From the NCBI GenBank assembly GCA_009835985.1, contig VXWI01000113.1:172-64171 (forward strand): DNA of 64,000 bases, written 5' to 3'. Below, in pieces: positions 25,547 to 34,148 of this stretch. The notes under the pieces are model-generated. The model saw nothing but the letters and a program-made list of their open reading frames with translations, did no database searches and had not been told where the DNA came from. The DNA comes from Acidobacteriota bacterium (GTDB taxonomy: Bacteria > Acidobacteriota > Vicinamibacteria > Marinacidobacterales > Marinacidobacteraceae). Both the position numbers and the translations under genes were made by a program. Positions within the stretch are counted from its first letter, which is position 1, and every line of letters starts with the position of its first letter.

Positions 25547-26110
25547 ATGAACGAACGACCGAACGGCCTCGGTTCGGCGCCGCACCACCCGGCGGGAGAG
25601 CTGTATCTGGAGCACGCGCGCTTCGAGTTCGGTCGGTTGCGGCGGTTGGCCGAGGCGGCGATCGGGCAGACGCCGGATCACGCGGCGCTCCATCGCCGGC
25701 TCTCGGCAGGCAGCAACTCGATCGCCATCCTGATGCGGCACCTGGCCGGCAACATCCGGTCCCGTTGGGCCGGGTTCCTGACCACGGACGGCGAAAAGCC
25801 CGACCGGAATCGCGAATCTGAATTCGACCCCTGCGACCGGCTGTCGCGGGATGAACTGCTCGCGGAGTGGCGCGACGCGTTCGCACTGCTCGAAGCGAAC
25901 CTGGCCAGGCTCGGTCCCGCCGACCTCGGCCGCACGATCCGGATCCGCGGAGAGGCGTTCCTGGTGCAGGAAGCCATCGAGCGGCAGGTGCTCCACCTCG
26001 CCTACCACACGGGCCAGATCGTTCTGTTGGCCAAGGCCTTCACCCCCGAGTGGCAGTCGCTGTCCATTCCGCGGGGTGTGGACCCCAACACGAGGCGTTA
26101 CAAGCGATGA
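25547..26110 (+). CDS. DUF1572 / DinB-like four-helix-bundle protein
   Basis: 187-aa track ORF. Blocks SNSIAILMRHLAGNIRSRWAGFLTTDGEKPDRNRESEF and IRIRGEAFLVQEAIERQVLHLAYHTGQIVLLAK match the DUF1572 pattern. Confidence 0.85.
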   Translation: MNERPNGLGSAPHHPAGELYLEHARFEFGRLRRLAEAAIGQTPDHAALHRRLSAGSNSIAILMRHLAGNIRSRWAGFLTTDGEKPDRNRESEFDPCDRLSRDELLAEWRDAFALLEANLARLGPADLGRTIRIRGEAFLVQEAIERQVLHLAYHTGQIVLLAKAFTPEWQSLSIPRGVDPNTRRYKR

Positions 26111-26757
26111 GACTTCCGGACTTCAGAAGGCAGGATCCGGCGCGATGGGTGCGGCCCGGATTGCTCGCGATCCTCGCAATGCTCGCTGGCGGGTGCGCCA
26201 GCACCAACCGGCCGGCGGCAACACCACCGGACCTCGCCACGGTCGGTGAAGCATCCTGGTACGGCATCGAGGAGCGGGGCCGGCCCACCGCGAGCGGCGA
26301 GCCGATGGACCCCGGCGCGCTGACCGCCGCCCACCGCACCCTGCCCTTCGGCACCATCGTGGAAGTCACGAACCTTGCGACCGGCGCCACCGTCCAGGTC
26401 CGGATCAACGACCGCGGCCCCTTCGTCCACCCTCGGGTGATCGATCTCTCCCACGAGGCGGCGCGCCGTCTCGGCATGGTCCGGGAGGGCGTGGCGCAGG
26501 TGAGGCTGACGGTGACGAACATTCCGCCGCGGATCCCCTTCACCGTACAGGTGGCGGCTTTTGGCCGCCGCCAGACGGCCGAGGAGTTCTCCAGAAGACT
26601 CCGCGCCAACGGGTACTCGGGGGTCGAGGTTACCGCGGGTGACGGGGTTCACCGGGTCCGTGTCGGGCGTTTCCTGAAACGGTCGGACGCCGAGCTGACC
26701 GCCCGGGCGCTCAGGGGCAACGGTTATGAGGCTCTCGTGGTCCAGGTTCGACTCTAG
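26107..26757 (+). CDS. rlpA: Septal-ring lytic transglycosylase RlpA-family lipoprotein (DPBB plus SPOR domains)
   Basis: Frame of track ORF 25867-26757. ATG 26107 overlaps the upstream TGA (ATGA). Lipoprotein-like LAMLAGGCAS. DPBB block is GEASWYG...TASGEPMDPGALTAAHRTLPFGTIVEVTNLATGATVQVRINDRGPF. The C-terminal SPOR-like repeat is FTVQVAAFGRRQTAEEF. Confidence 0.85.
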   Translation: MRLPDFRRQDPARWVRPGLLAILAMLAGGCASTNRPAATPPDLATVGEASWYGIEERGRPTASGEPMDPGALTAAHRTLPFGTIVEVTNLATGATVQVRINDRGPFVHPRVIDLSHEAARRLGMVREGVAQVRLTVTNIPPRIPFTVQVAAFGRRQTAEEFSRRLRANGYSGVEVTAGDGVHRVRVGRFLKRSDAELTARALRGNGYEALVVQVRL

Positions 26758-26796
26758 GCTGCCGGGGCCGGTCTCCGGGCTACTGCCTTCAAGCGG

Positions 26797-27372
26797 CTAG
26801 TCCGCCGGGGCGATGAGCACCTCGATTCCCTCCTCGGCGACTGTGTCGTCGCTCGTTTCAATGCGAGCGCGCACCAGCCAGCGGAACCGGCCCTCGAAGG
26901 AGCGATAGGAGAAACGCGCATCCTCGGGGACCGGGAGCTGCGATGCGGTCTCCCAGCGGCCCTCGCCCGGAAGGGACTCGCTCCGGCAGAGTTCCTGATC
27001 CGCGGAGAACACCTCGCGGTTCGTTCCGTCCGCACCACGCTGCTCGGCGGTCAGCGTGATCCGGGCGTCCTTGATCTCGACCGGCCGCCTTGTCACGATG
27101 CGGACCGCGCAGTGGATCACCCCTCCCGGCACGGCGGCCTCGCTGAGACCAAGGTCACAGACCGAGAAGGGGTGCCGGCTGAGGAACCAGGCGGTCGCGC
27201 CCGCCGAGCGAATGAGGAGCAGGGCCACCACGACGCCACCGAGCAGCCACGGCAGCGTCCACCCGTAGAAGTTCCCGAGGTGGACGAAGAACAGCGCGCC
27301 CAGGACGGTGCCGGAGAGCGAGAGCAGCGAACGCCGCTTGTCACGGGCGATGAGCGAAGTCCAGACGAGCAT
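26797..27372 (-). CDS. Hypothetical membrane protein (two N-terminal TM helices plus a beta-rich, possibly arrestin/Spo0M-like, domain)
   Basis: 191-aa track ORF with non-shadow composition. TM segments are LLSLSGTVLGALFFVHL and LPWLLGGVVVALLLI. No confident family assignment. Confidence 0.55.
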   Translation of the reverse strand: MLVWTSLIARDKRRSLLSLSGTVLGALFFVHLGNFYGWTLPWLLGGVVVALLLIRSAGATAWFLSRHPFSVCDLGLSEAAVPGGVIHCAVRIVTRRPVEIKDARITLTAEQRGADGTNREVFSADQELCRSESLPGEGRWETASQLPVPEDARFSYRSFEGRFRWLVRARIETSDDTVAEEGIEVLIAPAD

Positions 27373-27459
27373 GGGTGCCGATCAGCAGCCGGGGAGAATG
27401 CGCCGGCAGCCGCGACGGGGGCTTTCGATTCTAGGGGAGGCCGGGATCACCAGCCCCGG

Positions 27460-28287
27460 CTGCTCGTCGTGGGGCACCTGACCGAAGATCGGACCCCCGA
27501 CGGACCACGGCTCGGCGGCGCGGCTGCCTTCGCGGGACTCGTGGCGCACCGCTTCGGCGTCCCGGCCGCGATCCTGACCGCCGTGGACGCGGCGTTTCCG
27601 TATCTCGAGGCGCTGGACGGAATCACGCTGGACCGGATCCGCTCGCGGAATCGCACCCGGTTCCGCAACCGGTATCGGTCGCACGGATCACGGCAGCAAA
27701 CCATCGAGAGTCGCGCCGCGGTCATCCCGCAGTCGGAGATCCGGCGGGCCGTGGCCGGGCTTCCTCCCGGATCCGCGGTGCTGTACGCCCCGGTCGCCGA
27801 TGAACTCGGAGGAACGGGTGCCCTGCCCCGGCCGCGGGGCCCGGGCGCTCTCGCGGGAGCGGCGCCCCAGGGCCTGATCCGGCGCTGGGACGCCGCGGGC
27901 CGTGTTTCGACCCACTGGTCAGCCCTGGCACTCGGAAGACTGGCCGGCCTCGACTTCCTGTCGCTCTCCGAGACGGAATTCCCCGAAGGCGGAGGACTTG
28001 ACGCCCCCCTCGTCGCCGTGACCCGAGGACGCCACGGGGCCGTGCTCCGTCGCGCGGGGCTCCCGGCGACCGAGATTCCCCCGGTGCCGGGCATCGAGGT
28101 GGACCCCACCGGAGCAGGCGATGTATTTGCCGCCGCCCTCTTCATCGGGCTGTGGGCCGGCGCGCCGGCCGAAGACGCCACCCGGTTGGCCGCCGCAGCG
28201 GCGGCGATCAGCGTCGAGTCACCCGGGACCGAGGGCGTCCCGACGCTCGAGGAAGCGAACGCCCGTCTCAGCGCCTTCAGCGCGTGA
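27460..28287 (+). CDS. PfkB-family carbohydrate/nucleoside kinase (start codon unresolved)
   Basis: Frame of track ORF 27112-28287, whose 5-prime part is antisense to the previous gene. RLLVVGHLTEDR is the N-terminal strand. DPTGAGDVFAAALFIGL is the PfkB anion-hole/catalytic motif. Only CTG 27460 or GTG 27469 are available as starts after 27372. Confidence 0.7.
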   Translation: MLVVGHLTEDRTPDGPRLGGAAAFAGLVAHRFGVPAAILTAVDAAFPYLEALDGITLDRIRSRNRTRFRNRYRSHGSRQQTIESRAAVIPQSEIRRAVAGLPPGSAVLYAPVADELGGTGALPRPRGPGALAGAAPQGLIRRWDAAGRVSTHWSALALGRLAGLDFLSLSETEFPEGGGLDAPLVAVTRGRHGAVLRRAGLPATEIPPVPGIEVDPTGAGDVFAAALFIGLWAGAPAEDATRLAAAAAAISVESPGTEGVPTLEEANARLSAFSA

Positions 28288-28912
28288 GCAGCGGGATGGC
28301 GTCCGGGCTCACCCGGGCGCCGGTGACCCGCCAGGCCCAGATCCCCCGCCGCTCGAACAGGATGTCGGCCCAGAGGGGATCCTCGTCGGGTGGGTCCCGC
28401 TCCACGCCGAGGCGCACGGCGAAGTCGTTCCACCCCTCGTACTCGGCGCTCACCGATACCCCGCCGGCTCCTTCCACCGCCTCGCCGGACTCGCCGCCGA
28501 GGTCCAGGAAGGCGGACCAACCCTTGGCGACCGTCGGGCCGTCACGGAGAGCCCGATCCACTCCCTCGGGGGTCGCGAACTGATCGATCATCGCCTCCCC
28601 GACCGCCACCGCGAGCTGAGTCCCCAGATCGGGCTCCGGCTCCGGGGCCTCGGCTCCTCCGTCTCCCGAAGCGGCGTTCTCCCGATTCTGGGCTCGGCGG
28701 GATGCCCCCACAGTGCGGCGCAGCTCGCTCTTCAGGTTGTCGCGAACCGCTTCGAAGTCCACGAAGTCGTGGAGGGTTTCCGCGTCTCCGGCGGCCACCG
28801 CCTCGCGGATCTGCCACGCCGCGAAGTAGGGCCCGAGATAGATGCTGGCGCCCAGCGCCAGGAACGCCGCCCAGGCGAAGACGAAGAACAGATAAAGACG
28901 CCTGCGGGTCAC
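28277..28912 (-). CDS. DUF2939-like membrane-anchored protein
   Basis: This is the C-terminal 211 codons of track ORF 28277-30187, from GTG 28912 (VTRRRLYLFFVFAWAAFLALGASIYL). YFAAWQIREAVAAGDAETLHDFVDFEAVRDNLKSEL resembles the DUF2939 signature. The upstream part of the ORF is antisense to the PhyH gene. Confidence 0.65.
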   Translation of the reverse strand: MTRRRLYLFFVFAWAAFLALGASIYLGPYFAAWQIREAVAAGDAETLHDFVDFEAVRDNLKSELRRTVGASRRAQNRENAASGDGGAEAPEPEPDLGTQLAVAVGEAMIDQFATPEGVDRALRDGPTVAKGWSAFLDLGGESGEAVEGAGGVSVSAEYEGWNDFAVRLGVERDPPDEDPLWADILFERRGIWAWRVTGARVSPDAIPLLTR

Positions 28913-29032
28913 TTGGACAATACTAACGGCCGGGAATCTCCGGGGTTCCTTCACACCCCGAGTCCCTCGAGAACTGTGGGAAAACTCGTCGCTCCGCCGG
29001 TCGAGACGGCCGCGTCCACGATCCACTTCCCG

Positions 29033-29941
29033 ATGGACGGGCAGTCCTTCGAAGGCCTCACCGAGGCGCACTTGCACCACGCCCTCACGCCGCGCGAACT
29101 GGCGGCCTTTCAGCGCGACGGTTATCTCGTCGTTCCCCAGGCGCTCGACCCGGAGACCCTGATCCGTCTTCTCGAGGCGGTGGACCGCCTCGACGACCAG
29201 GAGCGGCGACGCCTGGGTCTGGCTCCCGGCGACATGATGTCCCGCTTTTCGGTCATCCGCTTCGACCCGGCCTTTCTCGGTCTCGTCGCCTGGCGCCGGA
29301 CGTTCCCCAAGGTCTGGGACATCCTCGGCTGGAACATCCAGCTCTACATATCGCATCTCGTGGTGTACCCACCCGAGACCTGGGGCGGGCAGCAGTGCCG
29401 GGCGCCGGTCTGGCACCAGGACAGCGGCCGGCCGGTCCTCGAACTGGAACGCCCCGCGCCGCGGCTGTCGGTCAAGGTCGGGTACTGGCTCACCGACACC
29501 TGCGGGCCCGACCGCGGCGCCATGGAGGTGATTCCCGGGAGCCATCGGCTTGACGCCCCGCCGGCCGAGTGCGACGACCCGGACTGGGACGGCCGGCTCC
29601 TGCTCGAAGCCTCCCCCGGGGACGCGGTGATCTTCGATCGGAGGCTCTGGCATCGTCACGGGAGGAACACCTCCGAGGTGGTGCGCAAGGCGCTCTTCTT
29701 CGGCTACAGCTACCGCTGGCTGCGGGCGCTCGACTACACGGCCATGCCGGCGGCGCTGCTCGATCGCTGCGATCCGGTGCTCCGCCAGCTCCTCGGGGAC
29801 GGCCTGACGGAGGTCGGCTGGTATCAGCCGCAACCCGAAGACGTCCCCCTTCGCTCCTGGCTCGCCGCGCGGATCGGGGACGAGGGTCTGTGGGAACCGC
29901 CGTCCTCGCAGCCGCAGCAGAAACTGGGCTCCGGAGCATGA
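29033..29941 (+). CDS. Phytanoyl-CoA dioxygenase (PhyH) family Fe(II)/2-oxoglutarate oxygenase
   Basis: Frame of track ORF 28121-29941, trimmed to ATG 29033 ([14 protein letters not shown]...). [19 protein letters not shown] (the H-x-D facial triad start), MEVIPGSH and [16 protein letters not shown] are typical PhyH blocks. Confidence 0.8.
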   Translation: MDGQSFEGLTEAHLHHALTPRELAAFQRDGYLVVPQALDPETLIRLLEAVDRLDDQERRRLGLAPGDMMSRFSVIRFDPAFLGLVAWRRTFPKVWDILGWNIQLYISHLVVYPPETWGGQQCRAPVWHQDSGRPVLELERPAPRLSVKVGYWLTDTCGPDRGAMEVIPGSHRLDAPPAECDDPDWDGRLLLEASPGDAVIFDRRLWHRHGRNTSEVVRKALFFGYSYRWLRALDYTAMPAALLDRCDPVLRQLLGDGLTEVGWYQPQPEDVPLRSWLAARIGDEGLWEPPSSQPQQKLGSGA

Positions 29942-30384
29942 ACCGCCTGCGCGCCGTGACCACCGGCGTTCTCGGATCGGCGCTCGTTCTCGCCTCGGCC
30001 GGCCTGGCCTCCCAGGATCGGACCGGGCCCGCCTCGGCGCCACCAACCGTGAGCGAACTGCGCGAGCGGGCCCGGGACATCCTCGCCGGGGTCCAGGAGC
30101 GCGAGGTTCCCCTGTCCACGGCGCGCCGCCAGATCGAACAGCTCCTCCGCGACCTGAAGGCGGTGGGCGAGGCGGAAGGCTGGACACCGGTGAACCGCCG
30201 CCTGGAAATGACCATCGCCCGGCCGGAGGACCTTCGTCCGACGCTCACCGAGGAGTGCCCGCTCTTCTTCGAGGAGGAGCTCATCCAGCTCTGCCCCCTC
30301 GACCAGTCGCGTTCGGAAATCTGGGGCAACCAGGTGCTGGTCTGCGAATTCGCGTGCGCCCCGGAGTCAGATCCGGCCCGGTGA
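29938..30384 (+). CDS. Hypothetical secreted protein with C-terminal four-cysteine region
   Basis: Frame of track ORF 29569-30384. ATG 29938 overlaps the PhyH TGA (ATGA). Signal peptide is [26 protein letters not shown]. The C-terminus is [35 protein letters not shown]. No family recognised. Confidence 0.55.
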   Translation: MNRLRAVTTGVLGSALVLASAGLASQDRTGPASAPPTVSELRERARDILAGVQEREVPLSTARRQIEQLLRDLKAVGEAEGWTPVNRRLEMTIARPEDLRPTLTEECPLFFEEELIQLCPLDQSRSEIWGNQVLVCEFACAPESDPAR

Positions 30385-31952
30385 CTTCGCGGCGCGGGCG
30401 CTCACGCCGCAACCTGCGGCCCGTCTACCTGCCGGCGGACGCCCCCGAGGCCGGGACCCGGGCCGGTCTGCCGGGCAAAGCGCCGTTCACCCGGGGGATC
30501 CGGGCCGCCGGCTATCGCGAGCGGCTCTGGACCATGCGCCAGTACGCGGGCTACGCCACCGCCGCCGAGTCCAACCGCCGCTACCGGCACCTGCTGGAGA
30601 GTGGACAGACGGGTCTTTCGGTCGCCTTCGACCTGCCGACCCAGATCGGCTACGACTCGGACCACGCGCTGGCTGCCGGCGAAGTGGGCCGGGTCGGGGT
30701 CGCCATCGATTCGCTGGAGGACATGGAAACGCTGTTCCGCGGGATCGCCCTCGACAGCGTTTCCACCTCCATGACGATCAACGCCACCGCACCGATCCTG
30801 GTCGCTCTCTACGTGGCGGCGGCGCGCGGTCAGGGGGTCGCGCCGGAGAGCATCGCGGGAACGGTCCAGAACGACATCCTGAAGGAGTACGCGGCACGCG
30901 GGACCTGGATCTATCCGCCCGAGCCCTCCATGCGGCTCGCGACCGACCTCATCGAGTGGTGCCGGCGCGAGCTGCCGCGGTTCCAGCCGGTGAGCGTCAG
31001 CGGCTACCACATGCGCGAGGCGGGTTGCACCGCGGCCCAGGAGGTGGGGTTCACGCTGGCGAACGGCCTCGCCTACGTCGAGTGGACCGTCGCGCGCGGG
31101 CTGCCGGTGGACGAGGTGGCGACCCGCGTCTCCTTCTTCTTCAACGCCCATCGGGATTTTCTCGAGGAAGTGGCCAAGTTCCGTGCCGCCCGCCGCCTGT
31201 GGGCGCAGCTGCTGCGGGACCGCTTCGGCTCCGAGAGCCCGAGGGCCCGGATGCTGCGGTTCCACACCCAGACCGCGGGATCCACCCTCACCGCGCTCGA
31301 CCCCCAGGTGAACGTGGTCCGCACCACCCTGGAAGCGCTTGCGGCGGTGCTCGGGGGGACGCAGTCGCTCCACACGAACGCGCTCGACGAGGCGCTCGGG
31401 CTGCCGACCGAGGAGACCGCCGAACTCGCGCTCCGCACCCAGCAGGTGATCGCCTTCGAGAGCGGGGTGGCGGCCACCGCGGACCCCCTCGGAGGTTCGT
31501 GGGCCATCGAGGCGCTCACCGACCGGATCGAGGGGGAAGCGCTGGAGTGGATCGAGCGGGTGGACCGGCTCGGCGGCGCCGTGGAGGCCATCCGGTCGGG
31601 GTTCGTGCAGGCCCGCATCCAGGAGGCGGCCTACGCCTACCAGCAGGACGTGGAGGCCGGCGACGAGGTCGTCGTGGGGGTGAACCGGTTCCGGCGGGAG
31701 GGAGGTCAGAGCCGCGTCGAGCCGTTCGAACTCGACGCGGAAACAGAAGCGGCCCAGGTGGAGCGGGTCCGCGCGCTGCGCGCCCGGCGCGATGGAGCGC
31801 AGGCGGCCGAGGCGCTGGACGCGGTGGGCCGGGTGGCGGCGGGCGGCGGAAACCTGATGCCGGCCATCCTGGGCGCCGTTTCCGCGTTGGTCACCGTCGG
31901 GGAGATCAGCGACGCGCTGCGGGCGGTCTTCGGCGAACATCGGGGACGCTGA
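30381..31952 (+). CDS. Methylmalonyl-CoA mutase-family large (substrate-binding TIM-barrel) subunit, without a fused B12-binding domain
   Basis: Frame of track ORF 30255-31952. GTG 30381 overlaps the upstream TGA (GTGA). Blocks [60 protein letters not shown] and [17 protein letters not shown] are diagnostic. It ends after about 523 aa, before any DxHxxG cobalamin domain. Confidence 0.9.
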   Translation: MTSRRGRSRRNLRPVYLPADAPEAGTRAGLPGKAPFTRGIRAAGYRERLWTMRQYAGYATAAESNRRYRHLLESGQTGLSVAFDLPTQIGYDSDHALAAGEVGRVGVAIDSLEDMETLFRGIALDSVSTSMTINATAPILVALYVAAARGQGVAPESIAGTVQNDILKEYAARGTWIYPPEPSMRLATDLIEWCRRELPRFQPVSVSGYHMREAGCTAAQEVGFTLANGLAYVEWTVARGLPVDEVATRVSFFFNAHRDFLEEVAKFRAARRLWAQLLRDRFGSESPRARMLRFHTQTAGSTLTALDPQVNVVRTTLEALAAVLGGTQSLHTNALDEALGLPTEETAELALRTQQVIAFESGVAATADPLGGSWAIEALTDRIEGEALEWIERVDRLGGAVEAIRSGFVQARIQEAAYAYQQDVEAGDEVVVGVNRFRREGGQSRVEPFELDAETEAAQVERVRALRARRDGAQAAEALDAVGRVAAGGGNLMPAILGAVSALVTVGEISDALRAVFGEHRGR

Positions 31953-31957
31953 TCCGG

Positions 31958-32587
31958 GTGCCCGGATCGCGCTCGGACCCACTCCGCGCGGCACTCGCGG
32001 CCGACGGGTATCCGGAGTTCCGGCAGCGGCTCCGGGAGAGCGGCTGCACGCGCTGCGCGTTGGCGGCAGGCAGGACCCGCATCGTGGTGGACCGCGGGAA
32101 TCCGGAGGCGAAGATCCTCGCGATCGGCGAGGCGCCCGGGGCGCAGGAGGACGCCCGGGGCGTCGCGTTCTGCGGCCGCGCGGGAAAGATGCTGGACGAC
32201 CTCTTCGCGGCCGAGGGTCTCTCCACCGACGAACACCTGCTGATCGTGAACGTGGTCAAGTGCCGGCCGCCCGGCAACCGGGCGCCGCACCGGGAAGAGG
32301 CGGCCCGCTGCCGTCCCTTCCTCGAGCGGCAGCTCGCCCTTTCCCCGGCCCGCAGGATCGCGCTGATGGGAGCGACGGCGCTCCGGCACTTCGCCCCCGA
32401 GCGGGCGAAGAGACCCCTCGGCGCCCAGGTGGGCCGCTTCTTCGCGCTTCCCGACTGGCCGGACCGTGAGTTCGTGACCCTCTACCACCCGGCGGCGATC
32501 CTCTACAACCGCTCGCTCGAACCGGCGGCGCGGGAACACGTCCGGGCGCTGGCCGCGCGGGTCGGAGTCAGTGATATATCTCAATGA
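31958..32587 (+). CDS. Uracil-DNA glycosylase, family 4 (Fe-S type)
   Basis: Frame of track ORF 30956-32587, from GTG 31958. Motifs: CTRCALA, ILAIGEAPGAQED, AFCGRAGKMLD, VNVVKCRPPGNRAP, EEAARCRPFL, TLYHPAAILYN. Confidence 0.85.
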   Translation: MPGSRSDPLRAALAADGYPEFRQRLRESGCTRCALAAGRTRIVVDRGNPEAKILAIGEAPGAQEDARGVAFCGRAGKMLDDLFAAEGLSTDEHLLIVNVVKCRPPGNRAPHREEAARCRPFLERQLALSPARRIALMGATALRHFAPERAKRPLGAQVGRFFALPDWPDREFVTLYHPAAILYNRSLEPAAREHVRALAARVGVSDISQ

Positions 32588-32595
32588 GATATACT
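32575..32595 (+). promoter_or_regulatory. Candidate vapBC operator/promoter: 9-bp perfect inverted repeat overlapping a -10-like TATACT
   Basis: TATATCTCA-A-TGAGATATA (32575-32593). TATACT is at 32590-32595, 16 nt before the vapB ATG. This is an AT-rich island that also contains the UDG stop codon (32585-32587). Confidence 0.4.
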
Positions 32596-32611
32596 CTGGT
32601 GCCGACAGACC

Positions 32612-32860
32612 ATGGCGGAAACCGCGAAGCTTTTCTGGTCCGGGCGTTCGCAGGCGGTGCGCCTGCCGAAATCGTTCCGGATGGAAGGGAACGAAGTACG
32701 GATTCGCCGGCAGGGACGCCAGGTGCTCCTCGAGCCCATCGCCGAGGATTGGGCGTGGCTGGACGCGATCGCCGGCAAGTTCTCCGACGACTTCTTCGCC
32801 GAGGGACGCCGGCAGCCGGACCAACAGGAACGACCTGAACTCGATGCGTTGTTCCGGTGA
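32612..32860 (+). CDS. vapB: Type II antitoxin VapB (AbrB/MazE/SpoVT-fold)
   Basis: 82-aa track ORF. AKLFWSGRSQAVRLPKSFRMEGNEVRIRRQGRQVLLEP is the swapped-hairpin AbrB-type DNA-binding pattern. It lies immediately upstream of a PIN toxin with overlapping stop/start. Confidence 0.85.
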   Translation: MAETAKLFWSGRSQAVRLPKSFRMEGNEVRIRRQGRQVLLEPIAEDWAWLDAIAGKFSDDFFAEGRRQPDQQERPELDALFR

Positions 32861-33273
32861 TGCGGTACCTGCTGGACACCAACGCCTGCATCGCCCTGCT
32901 CAACCGCAGCGATCCCCAGTTGGAGCGCCGAGCCCGCCGACACGCCGTGCCGGACGTCGGGCTGTCCTCCCTGGTCGCATTCGAGCTGTACTACGGAGCA
33001 TTCAAGAGCCGTCGCGCCGGGGACAACGTCGCCCGGTTGGACTCCGTGGGACTGGAGGTCGTCCCGTTCGACGCCTCGGACGCACGTTCGGCAGGCGCTG
33101 TCCGGGCTGAACTGGAACGTAGCGGACTCCCGATCGGCCCCTACGACATCCTGATCGCCGGCCAGGCGCGCGTTCGTGGGTTGGTGCTCGTGACCGCCAA
33201 CGTTCGAGAGTTCGAGCGCGTCAACGGCCTGGTATGCGAGGACTGGTCCGGCCGTCGGGCTGCCGCGACGTAA
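32857..33273 (+). CDS. vapC: Type II toxin VapC (PIN-domain ribonuclease)
   Basis: 138-aa track ORF. MRYLLDTNACIALL carries the first acidic PIN residue. ELYYGA, YDILIAGQA and LVTANVREFERV follow. The start is GTG 32857 or ATG 32860, overlapping the vapB TGA. Confidence 0.9.
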   Translation: MMRYLLDTNACIALLNRSDPQLERRARRHAVPDVGLSSLVAFELYYGAFKSRRAGDNVARLDSVGLEVVPFDASDARSAGAVRAELERSGLPIGPYDILIAGQARVRGLVLVTANVREFERVNGLVCEDWSGRRAAAT

Positions 33274-33330
33274 CCGCGCAGCTGGCTTGGGAACGCGCGC
33301 CGTCCAGGGCATGGGTGGAGTTACGACGTG

Positions 33331-33349
33331 CGCGGTGCCGAGCACCGCG
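33331..33349. terminator. GC hairpin between convergent vapC and rnhB
   Basis: CGCGGTGC-CGA-GCACCGCG, an 8-9 bp stem. The 24-nt repeat hairpin follows immediately. Confidence 0.35.
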
Positions 33350-33352
33350 CGT

Positions 33353-33376
33353 GCCGGCCGGAGGCCGGCGCTCCGA
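33353..33376. repeat. 24-nt GC-hairpin repeat, copy 2 (GCCGGCCGGAGGCCGGCGCTCCGA)
   Basis: Identical to 23593-23616. It again lies in a convergent intergenic region. Confidence 0.6.
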
Positions 33377-33381
33377 ACCCT

Positions 33382-34068
33382 CTAGAACAGCTTCGGGGCG
33401 CCGCGGAGTTCGCGGATCACGTCCCAGTTCCAGCTCCGGCGGGTCTCGGGCGGCAGTTTCCCCGTGCGGTCGTGGTAGGCGCGGAGGAACCGCTCGGTGG
33501 CGGCGTTGACGTAACCGCCGCCCCGCACCTCCCCGTACTCGGGCACGTACGGCTCCATCAGCCTTTCGAGCAGGGCGTCCCGGCGATCCTTGGCGATCAC
33601 GCTCGCCGCCGCCACCGCGACATGGTGCGATTCGCCGTCGTCCACCGCTTCGAGATGCGGATAACGCTCGCGGAGAGCCTCGAAGAGCCGCTCGCCGTCC
33701 GCCACCACCCGGTGCACCGGACCCGCCTCCCGCAGAATCTCGTCGGCGGCGCGCCGTTCCAGGACGTTCAGATCGCCGGCCTCGGCGTAGCGGTCCACTT
33801 CGCCGGCATCCAGCACCCGCACCACGATCCGCTCGGCCAACCGCTCGATGTGCGAAGTCAGCGCCCGGCGGTGCGTGCGCGCCGCATCGCCGGCGCCGAA
33901 CTGTTTGGAGTCGCGCACTCCCAGCCGGGTCAGGGCGCCGGCCTTCAGCGGGTCGAGCGCCACCCCCGCGACCACCATCGGTCCGAACGCCGCGCCCCGA
34001 CCCGCTTCGTCGAGGCCGAGAACCCAGCGGCCCGAGGCGGGCTCCGTGCCGCTCCTGCGCTCCGCCAT
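33382..34068 (-). CDS. rnhB: Ribonuclease HII
   Basis: Track ORF 33382-34098, trimmed to ATG 34068 (MAERRSG...). Motifs: VLGLDEAGRGAAFGPMVVAGV, VRDSKQF, VADGE, AAASVIAKDRRD. Confidence 0.85.
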   Translation of the reverse strand: MAERRSGTEPASGRWVLGLDEAGRGAAFGPMVVAGVALDPLKAGALTRLGVRDSKQFGAGDAARTHRRALTSHIERLAERIVVRVLDAGEVDRYAEAGDLNVLERRAADEILREAGPVHRVVADGERLFEALRERYPHLEAVDDGESHHVAVAAASVIAKDRRDALLERLMEPYVPEYGEVRGGGYVNAATERFLRAYHDRTGKLPPETRRSWNWDVIRELRGAPKLF

Positions 34069-34148
34069 TGGATTCGTGTGGTGTCCCGGAAAACGCACTA
34101 GCCTACCGCCGCGTCCGGACGCCGCCGGAATAGAGTTCCGTACGTAGC

